64,000 nucleotides of DNA, from NCBI GenBank assembly GCA_050084515.1, contig CM114271.1, forward strand, positions 2,852,001-2,916,000, read 5' to 3'. The stretch is from Blasia pusilla. Lineage: Eukaryota. Of this stretch, positions 16,047 through 28,790 are shown piece after piece. The notes below the pieces were generated by a model. The model was not told the origin of the DNA and did not search any database. It saw only the letters and a program-made list of their open reading frames with translations. The position numbers and the translations under genes were made by a program. Each line of letters starts with the position of its first letter. Position 1 is the stretch's first letter.

Positions 16047-16699
16047 ACGACCAAACATGCATCAGGGTTAGTTCCTAGTTCAAGGACTTGAGTGAGTAGA
16101 GAGGGAGAGTGTCCTCGCCTCTTGCAAATGAGAGTTCAAATGCATCTTGAAGTGTGGACCCGCATTTCATGTGTCCCATCTTGACTCACGATTTGGCATC
16201 TTGTGGTTGTCTTACCTCCCTTTGTGTTTCATGACTAGTCTCGTGGTGTCTCGTCCATCTTGACTACTCACATGTTCCTTGCTTCTTGCCCTCGATTCGA
16301 CACTTGGATTCAAGGTCTCAAACCTTGCTTGCCTTGTCTTTGTCCTCGCGCGTAGCTACGCCTCTTTCTCACCTAAGATCAATCACATGACACATGCGCG
16401 CTGTCACCTAGGGTTTAGTCTTATGGCTAGTTCTATTTCCCTTCCTAATCTCGAGACCAGCAAGCATAGGTTTAAATTTTGGTGGATCACACAAGGGTCT
16501 TCCTCCTTGGACCTGCGATCATGACTCATTTCCTAAATCCTCACTAGTGTGGACACCATAAACTTAGCTATTTGTGACAAAGGGAGGGAGGGAGGGATGG
16601 AGGGCTGATAGACGGAAAATGGATTGAGGGAGGGATTAGGATCAGACAATAGATGGTTGGAAGACCAAAAAATGAGGAGCAAATAGATGTTTTTGTTAA

Positions 16700-16859
16700 T
16701 ATACTAGTTATTTATTAATGACTTAGAAACCGTAGTCATTACCACTAAATGACTTAGTTAGTAGGACTCTACATGTCATCAATCATTACGAGTCCTTTTG
16801 TGTCATCAATGACTCAACCTAGTCATATATCAAAATCATAACAAGATTTACTTCTAGTA
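16700..16859. mobile_element. CACTA right end with subterminal repeats
   Basis: agtcatatat..aatcataacaagatttacttctagta approximates the reverse complement of the CACTAGAAGAAATCCTTGGTCTTATGACT end at 4186. Confidence 0.6.
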
Positions 16860-16914
16860 TATAAGGTTTGAGATACCTCCCTAAGTACTCCCTTTCAAAC
16901 ACCATAACAAGAAA

Positions 16915-17140
16915 TGGATACCTCATTATGTATCATTTTTGGAATTACATATATAGTGGTCGGAAGGGAATGTCGAGTTTATACTTGGTAAGGTAGTTTG
17001 AATTTACCAACATATGCACATTGGCAACATTTATGACTCCCACGAATGCTATACTTCATGACTTGTTGGATAAAGGAGTGGTGGTAATATTTGATGGCAT
17101 GATCATCTATTTTGTCACTTAGAAAGAACTTAAAATTTAT
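16915..17140 (+). pseudogene. Short Ty3/gypsy RT fragment (different family)
   Basis: ATFMTPTNAILHDLLDKGVVVIFDGMIIYF, a decayed form of PATFQ...VYLDDILIYS. Confidence 0.6.
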
Positions 17141-17349
17141 TTTCCTCTAAGAAATCTTGGACAACCCCAACTCCTTCACGATTATGGGGCTCAAGAAGGA
17201 GAGCAAAGCACTTGTATTAGCAAGCAACATCACATCGCAATAAGAGATCTTGGATCTTAGATACACAAGATTGGGCGTCTTCTTGGTGACTTAAAGGGAC
17301 GTTTCCACACCTCATGTCAACAAGTGTTTAGCAACTAATGCAATCATAC

Positions 17350-19460
17350 TCCAATTACTAACCTTGAGTTTTGAGCATCCCTTCGCCATGTGCCCAGGTT
17401 AACCATATTTGTAGCAAAGCACTTTGCCATTCCCTGACTTCGGATGCTGCCCTCCATTTGGCCGCCTGTTGAGTTCCACTCGTTTTGCTGCCGGGGCAAG
17501 AGATTCTACTTTGTTGCGCTTGCCCCCACTCCAAACCCTCTTGGATGCCTCTTTTTTTGTTGGATTCTTCAAAAAAACCTTTATGCTTGAAGGATTGTTG
17601 GACTTGGACCTCATCGTCCCCTATCCGCTTTGCCAACTTCAAAAGTTCCATGCACATCTTTGGTAACTCCATCATTATAAGAAGGCCTTTTTCGCACTTG
17701 CCTTAAGTCCACTAAAGAAGATGACCTTCTTTGCGAACTCATCCATCTTAAGTATAGACTTTAGTTTTACACTGAACTCCTACACATAAGAGCTTAGCAA
17801 CCCGCTCTACCGCAAAAGCAAGAACTCTACACCATTTCAGAACTCTTGGTACTCCAGAGGGAATCAGTTGCCAATTAACACCTTTAACTCCTCCTAACTC
17901 ACAGATGATCCACCGGCTAAAAGTTATTCCCGATAAGTTGTCCATCATCGGAGCGTTGTCGTCCCTATCTAGGTTAGGGCCCATTGTCGTGTTGAGAGCC
18001 TTTCTTCAAGTAAGGGCAGACCTTCTAGCTGTGGCAGACGTGGTCGATGCAAGATAAACTCTATGAGAAGATCTCCTTTTTCAATATAAAATTATTATGT
18101 ATACTCTCCATTCTCTCACGACAAGTATCACAAATGGAAGTGCCGAGGCGATCACTTCTTCGTAACATCGGACCCCGAAATTCCTAACTATAAAATCCCT
18201 ATAAACTATTTTACGCTTGTACACGAGGAAGATAACATAACTAGTGTGAAACCCTACTTGAACAGGCCTATTGACGTCAATGGATTGTTATATAAGGACA
18301 TAAAAAGTACAATCCCATGTCCTTCCATATGTGACGATAGGAAGGATCACGGGAGTTGGAGATTGAATGACCTGGTCCATGAACGTCTCCCCAAAGTGAT
18401 AAACTAAATAGTGAGGGAACCAGTGCCTATCTACAAAGAGTATCTTGACATGGTATGGATTGAGGAAAGGAAAGTATGACACAACTCGTGCTCCACCCCT
18501 ATCCATGTTTGACAAGCATTCTCTACTCTCCTCAAGAATGGGTTTTGGCGGAGTTATTCTCCCAACAGGGGTAATTCACTCTCATTGGGAAAGTAACAAG
18601 CCCAAGCCAAAATATTCACTATTTTAGTATGACTAAACTTCTCTAAGGTGACAAACCTCTCATCTCCACACACACACCACACTCTAAAATCCTCTCGAAG
18701 AATAGCCATGGTCAAGTTACTCTCCCAAGAATGATGATCTATTCTCATTGGAAGAGCAAGCAATCCCAAAGCCATACACTCAAGAGTGACACGAAAGACT
18801 CAAGATGTCGAATAGAAGGTGATGAACCCTTGAAGGTCCCTCCTATTTATATACTCACAAGAGATCCACAAGAAAACGAAATAGAACTAACATTATCTTA
18901 TGCCACATGGCTTCCTCTCAAGGCTTAGCCAATCATATTTTGACACAAGTAGATTTTCTTTTATCTCTTCCAAAATATCCTCTTTTATCCATTTGATATT
19001 TTCCAAATTACCCCAACTAATCTAGCCACCAACCAAGCCTACTTTTGCTTTTCGATAAAACACCAACCTCATTACTTTACTTTTATAAAGTCATCTTTTA
19101 TTTATTACCTCTTTTCCTAAGTTAGGCCCGCATAAAAGAGGCACCATAAAGAGGTTTAAACATGGGAATTTCCTTTTCCTAAGCTAATTTACTGAATACT
19201 AATAAAACTCTATCTAACACTTAACGAGGAAGGAGTTTACACACTGGATGATTTTACTATACGATAGCGCATGATCCTTAAGGAACGTAGTTGCCATGGT
19301 CACCTTGTCCTGATGCTCTGCCCTTTGCGCCTCAAAGTATAGTTCAAATTCTGTGAGGAACTCCTTCACTTTTCAAGATCGTCCCATTCTCGTGAATGGC
19401 GTTGGCAGACTCGTCTTGGACAACTTCTAGCCAGAACTAGAAGCCCTGTCTGACTCCAGC
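17350..19460 (-). pseudogene. Gag remnant of another gypsy family, interrupted by a solo LTR
   Basis: KVKEFLTEFELYFEAQRAEHQDKVTMATTFLKDHA (about 19270-19380) and the CCHC knuckle CYKYG*PGHMAKGC (about 17375-17420). Confidence 0.65.
17985..19266. mobile_element. Solo LTR (family E), about 1.28 kb
   Basis: TGTCGTGTTGAGAGC...TATACGATA(=CA); collinear over its full length with 31811-33096; possible TSD gcccat/gcgcat. Confidence 0.8.
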
Positions 19461-20432
19461 TCAAAAATCCATAGGATCAAGTGCTAATCCATAGGATCAA
19501 GTGCGATCCTAGATAGGGGAAGGAGGGAAGCATGGCGGAGGTAATCCCGAATGGCATAGGAGATCCTATGGAACAACCTCAGTAAGGGAAAATGGATCTT
19601 GCAAAGACTTATGATGATGCCAAGGTGGGATCTCAACCACTCCCATGCCTCCGGAGGGGGCGATGATGCGAGAAGCACTGGAGAGCATCCAAGGTTGACT
19701 AGAGGAACCAACCATCCAAATCTATCAAAGTCAAGATGCTTAGCCTCTAAGTGGTTCTAAATCCCTGAACGAGTGAAGAATTCAGGACAACGTAGACATT
19801 TCGTATTCCGACTAGACGACCCACGGGTCCCCACATGGGGGGCCGATGCTGGTCGAGGCATGGATGTAACTCACCAACAAGAGAACATGACACATCCATC
19901 AAACTTGAGAGACAATCCCCCACCCATATCAACCCTATCACCCCCATTCAAACTAGCAATCCTGGCAATTGACTCTCTTCCCGTCCACGGTAATGCTCCC
20001 CCTAGCATGAACTCTCATCTATCTCCATGACCTAGGACTTTTAGGCCCAACCCCCTCCCAAAACAAACTAGGGATTGCATGAAGATACTAATAATGTGGA
20101 AAGTGGATAGGCAAATCCGGATTAAAATGGATGGGAACATAGATCTACCTAAGGGTGGGGTAACGGAGACAAACATGAATCAAACCTGAAGGAGAAGTAA
20201 GCATGATAAATGGAGAAGAACGTAGATAAGAAGGGGTGGTGTGGATGAACAAAAGGAATTACTTTGGGAACACTCACCACATGGCAACAAATGAGACCCT
20301 AATACCTACAGGAGGAACCCTGATAAAGACAACAATCTAGAAAATAGAAAAACAATAAAAATACTTCACATACGAATCATTGCACGACCAAAACGTAGAG
20401 TAAGCTAAGCTCTTCTAGCTCTAAGCTGAGCT

Positions 20433-22147
20433 AAGAAGAACAAGGGAATGGGGAAATGCCGATTGCGAAGGCTGTGTAGCCAATTGTGGGGCAATAATAT
20501 GACCTCTCACGGTTTTGAAGGGGGGCAATTGAGTGTAGCCCTAAAAATGCAACCTTGGTCAAAGGAGACGAGATAGGGTCAAAATCTACCCAAACTGTAA
20601 GGAGCGAAAATATAAAGCTCTCGCCAAACAATAAGAAGCTAAAGGATATGATAGTGGCTATGGCATGCTATCCCTCCGGCGAGACATCCGCTAGGGCCAA
20701 TTACGTTCATCCATTCCATGCCTTTCCATACATAAGGCGCCTACTGCCCGGTGCCCGACAAGGACCAATCCAAGGTCTCCAGTGAGCTGCCCGCACCAAC
20801 CTTCATCGGTCATATCCACTCCCGGCCAAGTTGCTCAACACCCGCTGCCCGCTGCCCGCTGCCCGTTTCACTGCTCCCTCCAATGGAAATCCCCGCCTCA
20901 CCTGCCCGTTGTCTTTACTTTATTTGTTTCCGCCATAGCCACAGACGATCGTTGCCGCGTTCAGAGCCGATAGCCTTTCCTCGAAGGAGTTGAAGTGGGA
21001 AGTTGAACATCGGTACGCAGGCAATGCGAAAGTGAAATTTCGTCGTCGGAAGCTTATCGGGATGGCAGCGATTTCAGCGAGTTTCGTTGGAGTGGTGGCA
21101 GCGGGGACTCCAGTTCAGGGGTCTTTGAACAAGGTAGGCCACGGCAGGGTCCAATGCAGGCCGATGGCTGGCAATCGCTTCCCCAGTTTTGTGGTTAGGG
21201 CTTCAGAATCGGTCCAGCCCGCCGCACCGGCCGAGGAGAAAATTGCTGCACCGGAACCGATAGGCCCCAAGCGTGGTGCGACTGTGAGTGACTATGTTCT
21301 CTCCACCATGAGCAATCTCGCGAATGTTATTATGTTGTGGAAGTGGAGAACAATGTCACAGATAGGAAGTGAATATGGTTGCTCTTACCTACAGCCGACG
21401 ACTGGATGTGAGGAGTAGGGGCGCATGCTTCTTTGGACGAGAGAACGCCGAGTTCAGACCCGTCCTAGTTATGTCCATAATGAATCGAATGATCTACGTG
21501 AGTTTATTCATGGATTGTCACTGAGTTACTTACTTGCCTTTCTATTATTTGCTGTTGTACTTCTGCCTCTCTGTCGCAGGTTAAGATTCTGCGCCGAGAG
21601 TCTTACTGGTTTAATGAAAACGGGAAGGTCGTAGCCGTGGACCAGGTAAGTTTTCCTTCTGTATTCTGCCCCCTCCATGGAACATTAGCGCTCCTTGTCT
21701 CCCCGACCTGTTGTTTTGGTCAAATCTGACTTCTCATACGCTGTTGTGACGTCGACGTACAGACCCCAGGAGTCAGATATCCCGTCGTCGTGAGGTTCTC
21801 CAAGGTCAACTATGCTGGAATTTCCACGAACAATTATGCAATTGACGAACTTGAGGACGTGTAGTTCGAGTTCTAGCAGAGGGGACCAGAGGTGATGTTG
21901 GTTCGGTCCTTGAGCCGTGTACCATGTACAGTTGTGAGATGGAGCATAAATTCTTAAACGAGTTGTCCCAATTAAGGAGAATGCTTTGCCGTTGTGTAAG
22001 ACCTTATTTGTGGAGATACATTTTGACGTGAATTTGACATGAGTGACTGAAGCAACTCTATTCGCCTGTTCTGGCCACAACAGTGTTGTGAAACTTTGTA
22101 AATTTAAGCGCTTTCGTACGCTACGTTGCAATTTGTATTCGACGAAA
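20433..22147 (+). repeat. Segmental duplicate carrying psaE with its promoter and 3' UTR (partner 43973-45705)
   Basis: Collinear homology from aagaaca.gggaatgggg to atttgtattcgacgaaa, covering introns and both flanks. Confidence 0.9.
21062..21864 (+). CDS. psaE: Photosystem I reaction centre subunit IV, chloroplast precursor; 129 aa; exons 21062-21283, 21580-21645, 21763-21864
   Basis: Transit peptide ending [67 protein letters not shown]; canonical GT-AG phase-0 introns. Confidence 0.97.
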
Positions 22148-25100
22148 CAAGTATGCGGCCCTCTACTATAAGGCCGGAATAATTGTCGGCTTGTGGAGCA
22201 CTATGGTTACTGCACAGTAGTATGCGATCAGTGATGTGAATTTACTGGGTACAGTTGGAATGCTCAGCAAAAGTTGTGTGAAATACTGTTATTTTAGGCA
22301 CATTTTAACATAGTTGCTGGGTGTTCACAGATTTTGGTGTGCGCTATTATTCAGTGTTGTTTGCCTGCGCTATTCTTCAACTGACTGCTGTTAAATATTG
22401 TTAGTCCGGCGATGTGCGGACATTGTTGCTTCACAGGCACTGTTTCTGGTGTGAGCTTCACAATATTGTTTGACTAATAGCCTATTATTCAAACAATATT
22501 GCAAAGTGATTAACTTGCTTGAGACTTGGAGACCATGTCTGATTGTGGAAATGCTGTGCTGCGCATATCTGAGAAACAAAGTGTGATTTCAAAGATTGTT
22601 TGCATTGTTAGAGGCATTGAAATGAGAAGACATAAAGTCAGGGCGAGACACATCATTCAGGTCGCAACACTCAGTACTATATTTGTGTTACAGTTCTCTT
22701 GCAAGGAAAAGTAATTGATGTAGGAAGATGTATTGAAGCAATCAATACTTGCACTCGGCAATCTGGAAAATTTCCTGCCGTTATGTACACAAGTAATTCA
22801 CAAAGTTTCATTCCAGAATCGACGGGTAAAAACTGATAAAATGAAGCTGAACGTTACCCGAAATAAAATGCTCAGAAGTTTGTGGAGAACGTGTCCGTCA
22901 AACCACCAACTGAGAATATTCAGGATATTCCAATGCTTGTGTTCGCAGTACAGTTACCAAACCACTGTGTATATATCTAGTGAATGCAGTGAACATTATT
23001 GTGGACACGACACAAAAATGATGTTGGGCATGATTAAGGATGATCTGCAGTACTAAAATAATGTGTAGCTATTTCATCTGCTGAAAACATGTGAGGTGGT
23101 ACATGTATCTGTCGGATAAGAACTTCAGAAGTCTTGAGTTCGAAGCAGCAGTACCTTCTTGTGGATCACTGGAAAAAGCAGAGGGTTGTCGACAACATCC
23201 CTGAGTATGACTTCAATCAGAACCCCAGAACGGTGGCAAATTAATGCAAAACCGATGTACATAAGAGTGTCGCTTAAACCATGTACAAAATTGTCTCGTA
23301 ACAGACGAGATAGACGAGATAATTCGCATGTACGAAATTATCTCGCAAATTTCTCGGCGTTTTGAGGCTTCGAGGCAACTCCAGGCAGCTCGAGCTTGCT
23401 TGGAAGTTCTCCAACTACAAAACATACATAGCCAATTCAGTGTTGTCTGGCTACTAATGTAGACAGTGGTGGCCAAGTACATGAAGTTTTGCAGAGATGT
23501 CCTTTAATTGTTGGTTGCAGAGATGTCCTGGAGTTGTTGGTGGATATGTATGATTTTGTCCTCCCGATGGCCGTCATCCTTGCAGGCATACTCCATTACT
23601 TCTCTCATGCTTTTACTACCTGGACTACAATAGCGCACACACTTATGAGTCGTGGAACATTTTCACACAAAGGTATTCAAAGTAGTCAGCTTACTGTCCC
23701 ATAAAACAGATTTTTGGAAAACAACATACGTAAGAGCTGATCGATTCCATGGGTTGAACTTTGTGTAAGATTAACATTGTTGTATTCTAAACAGCAAACA
23801 ACAGCTTGCACAGGTAGATTAATATTTAGATGAAAAACACATAATACATATACCAGTACAAAATAAGAGTGTTGGCAGCCTAGCACATTTGACAGCAAAT
23901 AGCTGGTGACGCTTAATAAACAAGTGCTAAAATGCCGTGTGTACCAGATCCTCATAACGTCATATATAGCAACTCAACATTAAGATGAGTTATTGTAGAA
24001 TCAAGATACTCATGAATAGCGACAACCGAACAACTCTGAACTTGTAGTGGAATTTTTAAGCACATCAAACAACAGAAAATCTAGTACGTTTACCAACCTG
24101 AATTCCTTTACTCTTGAAAAATTCCAGACTTACAAAGGGAGATTAGTGTTCAAGCAGGGAGCCAATAACTTAAATTAGCGCTTGTTGCATGATTGAGATC
24201 TAATCACTTTCCTTTTTTCGTGAGCACAAATTGAAATTACTGTCACTCTCCGAATGACCATAAGTATTGACCATAATCTTGCTTCATAACAAACACAAGC
24301 AAAGTTGAACCTATTTCTAAGCATGAGAATCTGATAGTTTGAGTTGGCGCATAAAAATAAATACATAATGACTGGGTGATAATCTCATATACCTGACCAA
24401 TCTCTGAGTCGATTACACTTTTGTTTATTTGCTGACTCCGGCATCACAGGTCTCTGATATGACGTACCGTGGTTGTGGAATTGATATGTGGTAGGATTTC
24501 TCGTTGGTGGGATCTTTTCACCATATGTTGAAGATGTCTGTTGAGTTACACTATTCATGTGATGCTATGTTTTAGGGAGATTAGGGATAGAATCACTATC
24601 ATGAATGTTCCTCAAGCGTGTAAGTAGATGAGTGGCTTTGGTAGAGGATAAAGAGATTATCTCAATATGAACCTTCCTTATAAATTTGAGCTCTTGGAGT
24701 TGCTTCTCTTTTATTCCGCGTGTTAGTCTTGGATAATGCACTACAACTTGTTGGCGCGTTAGCTCGGATTCATTGAATTCAACTCCCTTGTGCATCATGA
24801 CTTCCTTCTAGACCCCTGTACCATATGGAAATATACCAAACACATGTATCAGATTAAGTTAGATTGAATGCATGACCAATCCGATTGTACCATAATCCTA
24901 TTGAAAACACATACTTTTTGCAAGTGGGTGCTTCCTCAACTCCCGAAATGAAATTGCCCATAGCTTCCTCTGATCATTCAATTGGCTTATCCGACATCTC
25001 AAGATATCGTCACCCCAATAGGAGTGATCAAGGCCTAATTTTTTTGCATATTTTAATTGAGCGTCTGTTGGTGGAATAACTGGAACATGAGCTTTGTCGA

Positions 25101-25629
25101 GTAGCTCAAGCATGTAATCCATAATCAATTTTCCAAAATCCACATACTATTTGGGTACCTTATAGTGACACTGTTAGAACTATTACCTATGGGCGTGGAA
25201 AGGGTAAGTTCACTGAGCAATTATGACAACACATATGAGGTGGACTGTTAGGTTGATGTGTGGTGTCTTTGAGTCATGTGGAGAGCAGTATGTGAGAAGT
25301 CACTTGGTATAATTGTTGTACACACCAGAGTAGTTTGCTGAATTTGTTTAAGAATCTGACTAGGGTGGCGCGTCGTCATGGCTGCATGGGAGTAGTCGTC
25401 TGAGTTGCCGTTGCTCACCTATGCTGCTGGAAATGGAGATATAGCTGTAGCCAGGTGTGGCACGGGTGCATTTGAGGTAGACTTCCTCCTTCGGCGAGCT
25501 CTGTATGACCCTTCACTAGTTGCCATACTATTTACAAAGAGTCTAGATTAGTTGCAAGTACTGAAGAAGCTGACGCAATTATGTTTATTGGCCAAATACA
25601 TGGAAATTTGCAGGATCGTATGAACCAAT

Positions 25630-28600
25630 GATGCGCAGTTGTGCCCAAGTCTTGACTCTAGACAACATAACATACACAAGATCCAATGCAAAAGCATCCT
25701 TTATGACTAGGAGAAACTTTCTTGTCATAGTTAGACCCTCATTCTTATGTCCAGTTCAGGCATACCCTCGAATAAGCGGGAATGTCCTCTTATCGTATTT
25801 CTTGTTTGGACCATGTTGCAGAGTGGCGAAGTTGGTTCTACTAACATGAATAACCCTGTTATTTGAGTGTAGCATGAGAGATCACTATCTCATTATCTCA
25901 TTACCTTTATAGATACAATCTATAATTGTTGCTGACGAACTGTTGGTTGCCCGGTTTTTTTTAATGTTGGACGTGAGCAGCACTTGGCAACCCATTGCAA
26001 CAAACAGAAGTTGGTGAAAACTAGGTCAGATATCCATTCATTAAGCTCTAACCCAACACACTTGTCGGTAGAAACATTCACAGGGAAGATGTTAGGTGAA
26101 CCATATAATCTTTGAAGTGCAAGAACATTGTAGAGCTGGACACCAATACGATGGGAGCATTATGATTTGGATATCTTCCCGTATAAAGTCTATGCCAATA
26201 TTATCCTCAACAAAATAGTCCCCTATAATTGTATTTATGTCGTCTTGTGTGGGCATTCTGACTCTTAGATGTGAAAAGAATGTGAGGAGTCTATGACCCT
26301 CATTATGCCTCATAGGAGCGCTTAACTCAAACTTGCCCATAGTTTCATAAAATGTAGAAGAAGAGATGTGACAAAGAAGACACAATGGAACAAAGTTGTG
26401 TCGGCACACTGGTGATAACCGACACATGTTACCTACTAGTACGACAAGTTTCCTTGAGAAGGGATTTAATTGTAAAGATGGACTTACTTGGCGACTATCA
26501 CTATAACTTTAGCATCTCTGGGGAGAAAATATTGAGTAAACACAATATACATTGAGGGAAGGTCCCCCTTCACAAGTAAAGCACACGTAGAATGGACATT
26601 AATTGCTCTCTCATGAAGCTTGTCATAGAGATACCAGTCATTGCCATTGACAACATAGGAATGGAGTTCAGTGACCAGTACTTTTGCATGAAGTGAATAA
26701 AGAACATATTACCACAACGAGGTGGGCCGATGAGCATCACTAATCTAGACTATAACGCTTTGATGGCCTGACATAGTTTTTTTTGCTCAATATTTAGGAT
26801 ATGAAAAGGCAATTCTTCCTCAGCCTCAAGGTGTGTGTCCTCATAAACACAACTAACCCAATACTGGTTAGCAATAAAAGAATCGGGAGAGATATCAAAT
26901 ACCAAATCTAGACCAAAACATCCATGACTTTTGTCACAATCTCACTTGTATGAACTTCACTCCACAAGTTTGCAACATATATTTTCATTTTGTCTACAAT
27001 GGAATGAGGATTCCAAAAAACCTTTCTATAGATACATTCATGCAAATATGTTCAGTTACGTGACAATACAGTAAGAATCTGAGATTATGATCTAAATCAT
27101 ATTTTTTGTAGTAAATGGTTAAATAAGAATTCATTCCATTGGTGGAATGGATCAAACTTAGTAAAACAAACCACCCGGTGTATTTTCTATACTAAGTTCC
27201 CATTTGAATCAATCGAAAAAAGTTTTTGGACTTTCTTGTACATGTTTTAAGTACGTAGTATACACTCTAGAAGTCAGTGAATGTTAAACCAAATAGGCAG
27301 TGCGGACGATGAAAATATACTATTGTTGGATGAATACACAATATAGTTGCACTTTTGTATGAGCAGATTCCCCTATGGAGAGGGCTTGAGTAAATATATT
27401 GAACACTCTAAGATCTATGAATGATAGGAATTTTTAGAGCTGTTAATGCCACCTTAGTCGACGACATTGATTTATTCAACACCAACCCAGAAACAAGGCG
27501 TAGTTTTATCTCATCTATCCCCTCAAGGCCTAAGCATCTTGCACATTCAATAGTAATGTTGAGGGTTTCTTATGGTTTAGATTTAAGGGCATATTTCAAC
27601 AAGTAAGTGAGTTTAAATGACCATTGGATGTTTATCACATATTGCAAGTTCATATGTGCCCCCGAAAGAAGCAATATGGTTGGGTGATAGTGACTTGCAC
27701 CTACTTGTCTTCAACGTCAATCTTTAGTGTTGCGTAAACATACGTTCATTAGGACACGCTCTTCCTACCAATCTTCACCCAAACACACTCACGTTAGTCA
27801 GATCTGGGTCAATTGGCCTTCCAACCCACCGAGTTCTAAACTAAAAACCTCATCAAGCTCAACCTTCCATAATTTCTAGCTTTGCAACATGGGCAAGTCT
27901 TTTGAGACTTGGGATAGATTTTCTTGTTTGTCCAAACACCTAAAACGGTGTTTGGCCACATAGTTGCTGTCGTGTCGAGAGTTTTCCTTTGAGTAAGACG
28001 TAGTTTTATCTCATCTAGCCTCTCAAAGCCTAAGCATCTTGCATATTTTGTAGTGATGTTGAGGGCTCCTTGTGTTTTAAATTTAAGGTAAAATTTCAAC
28101 AAGTAAAATGACCACTAGATGTTTGTCACATGCTGCAAGTTCATATGTGCCCCCCAAAGAAACAATATGGGCGGGTGGTAGGGAATAACATTGCGATGTT
28201 TCTGACGTAGTCTATAGTATCTCCATTTCAAGCTCTTTGGATCTATTGAAGGCTTTGTGTCAAAATTCGGGGCAATAGGGAATCCCATGCAGCAACAGGG
28301 AGGATGATCCTTTGTTCTCCTAATAATAAAAACTCCTTGTTTGCACATATGTAATTGCTTGGTGGTTACATACCGGTGTAGCTTATGTACAACATTAGCT
28401 GACATCATGAACTCACTATTTATTTTGGGGATATAACAACAAATTTTTGATGTTACTTGATCAATATCGCCCTTGTCAATCCAGAGTACAATATGACAGT
28501 ATAGGCCGCCTCCATCCTGTAGCTCATACCAAATTAGATGGTTTTATATCTATCATAATATTTGTGGTCCATTGAAAATATGTGCAAAAATAGTTTTAAT

Positions 28601-28790
28601 CTTGAATGAAAGAAGAGCGCGGACTCAACATATGCATCTCTCCATGTGAAGGAAGGATTGAGTTTCTGAACGATAAGTTCTATATCATCAATTTTTGGCC
28701 ACCTAGTGTCGGAAACCTCATCACAAGTGAGTGTTAAGAAGAAGTCATGCATGCCCCATTTCTGAACCAGTGCCATGAGGTCCTTCAAAT
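25630..28790 (-). pseudogene. Helitron Rep-helicase (RepHel), decayed
   Basis: DLMALVQKWGMHDFFLTLTCDE..WP (Rep motif 1), YELQ..G..CHIVLWI (HuH), PYHPPILFLWGAHMNLQ..YLLK (motif 3); Pif1-like helicase remnants incl. LVVLVGNMCRLSPV, MRH, FPLIRGYA.TGHK, SRVK. Confidence 0.88.

Noticed and set aside
20990-21418. ORF-track 142-aa and 138-aa (44424-44840) proteins as psaE products
   Set aside because: They start at upstream codons in the 5' region and read into intron 1; the starts supported here are ATG 21062 and 44616.
22148-22177. Candidate Helitron 3' end (minus strand: GGCC hairpin then CTTG|T) at the psaE duplication breakpoint
   Set aside because: CTTG rather than CTRR, an imperfect hairpin, and the paralogous site lacks the expected AT target; suggestive only.
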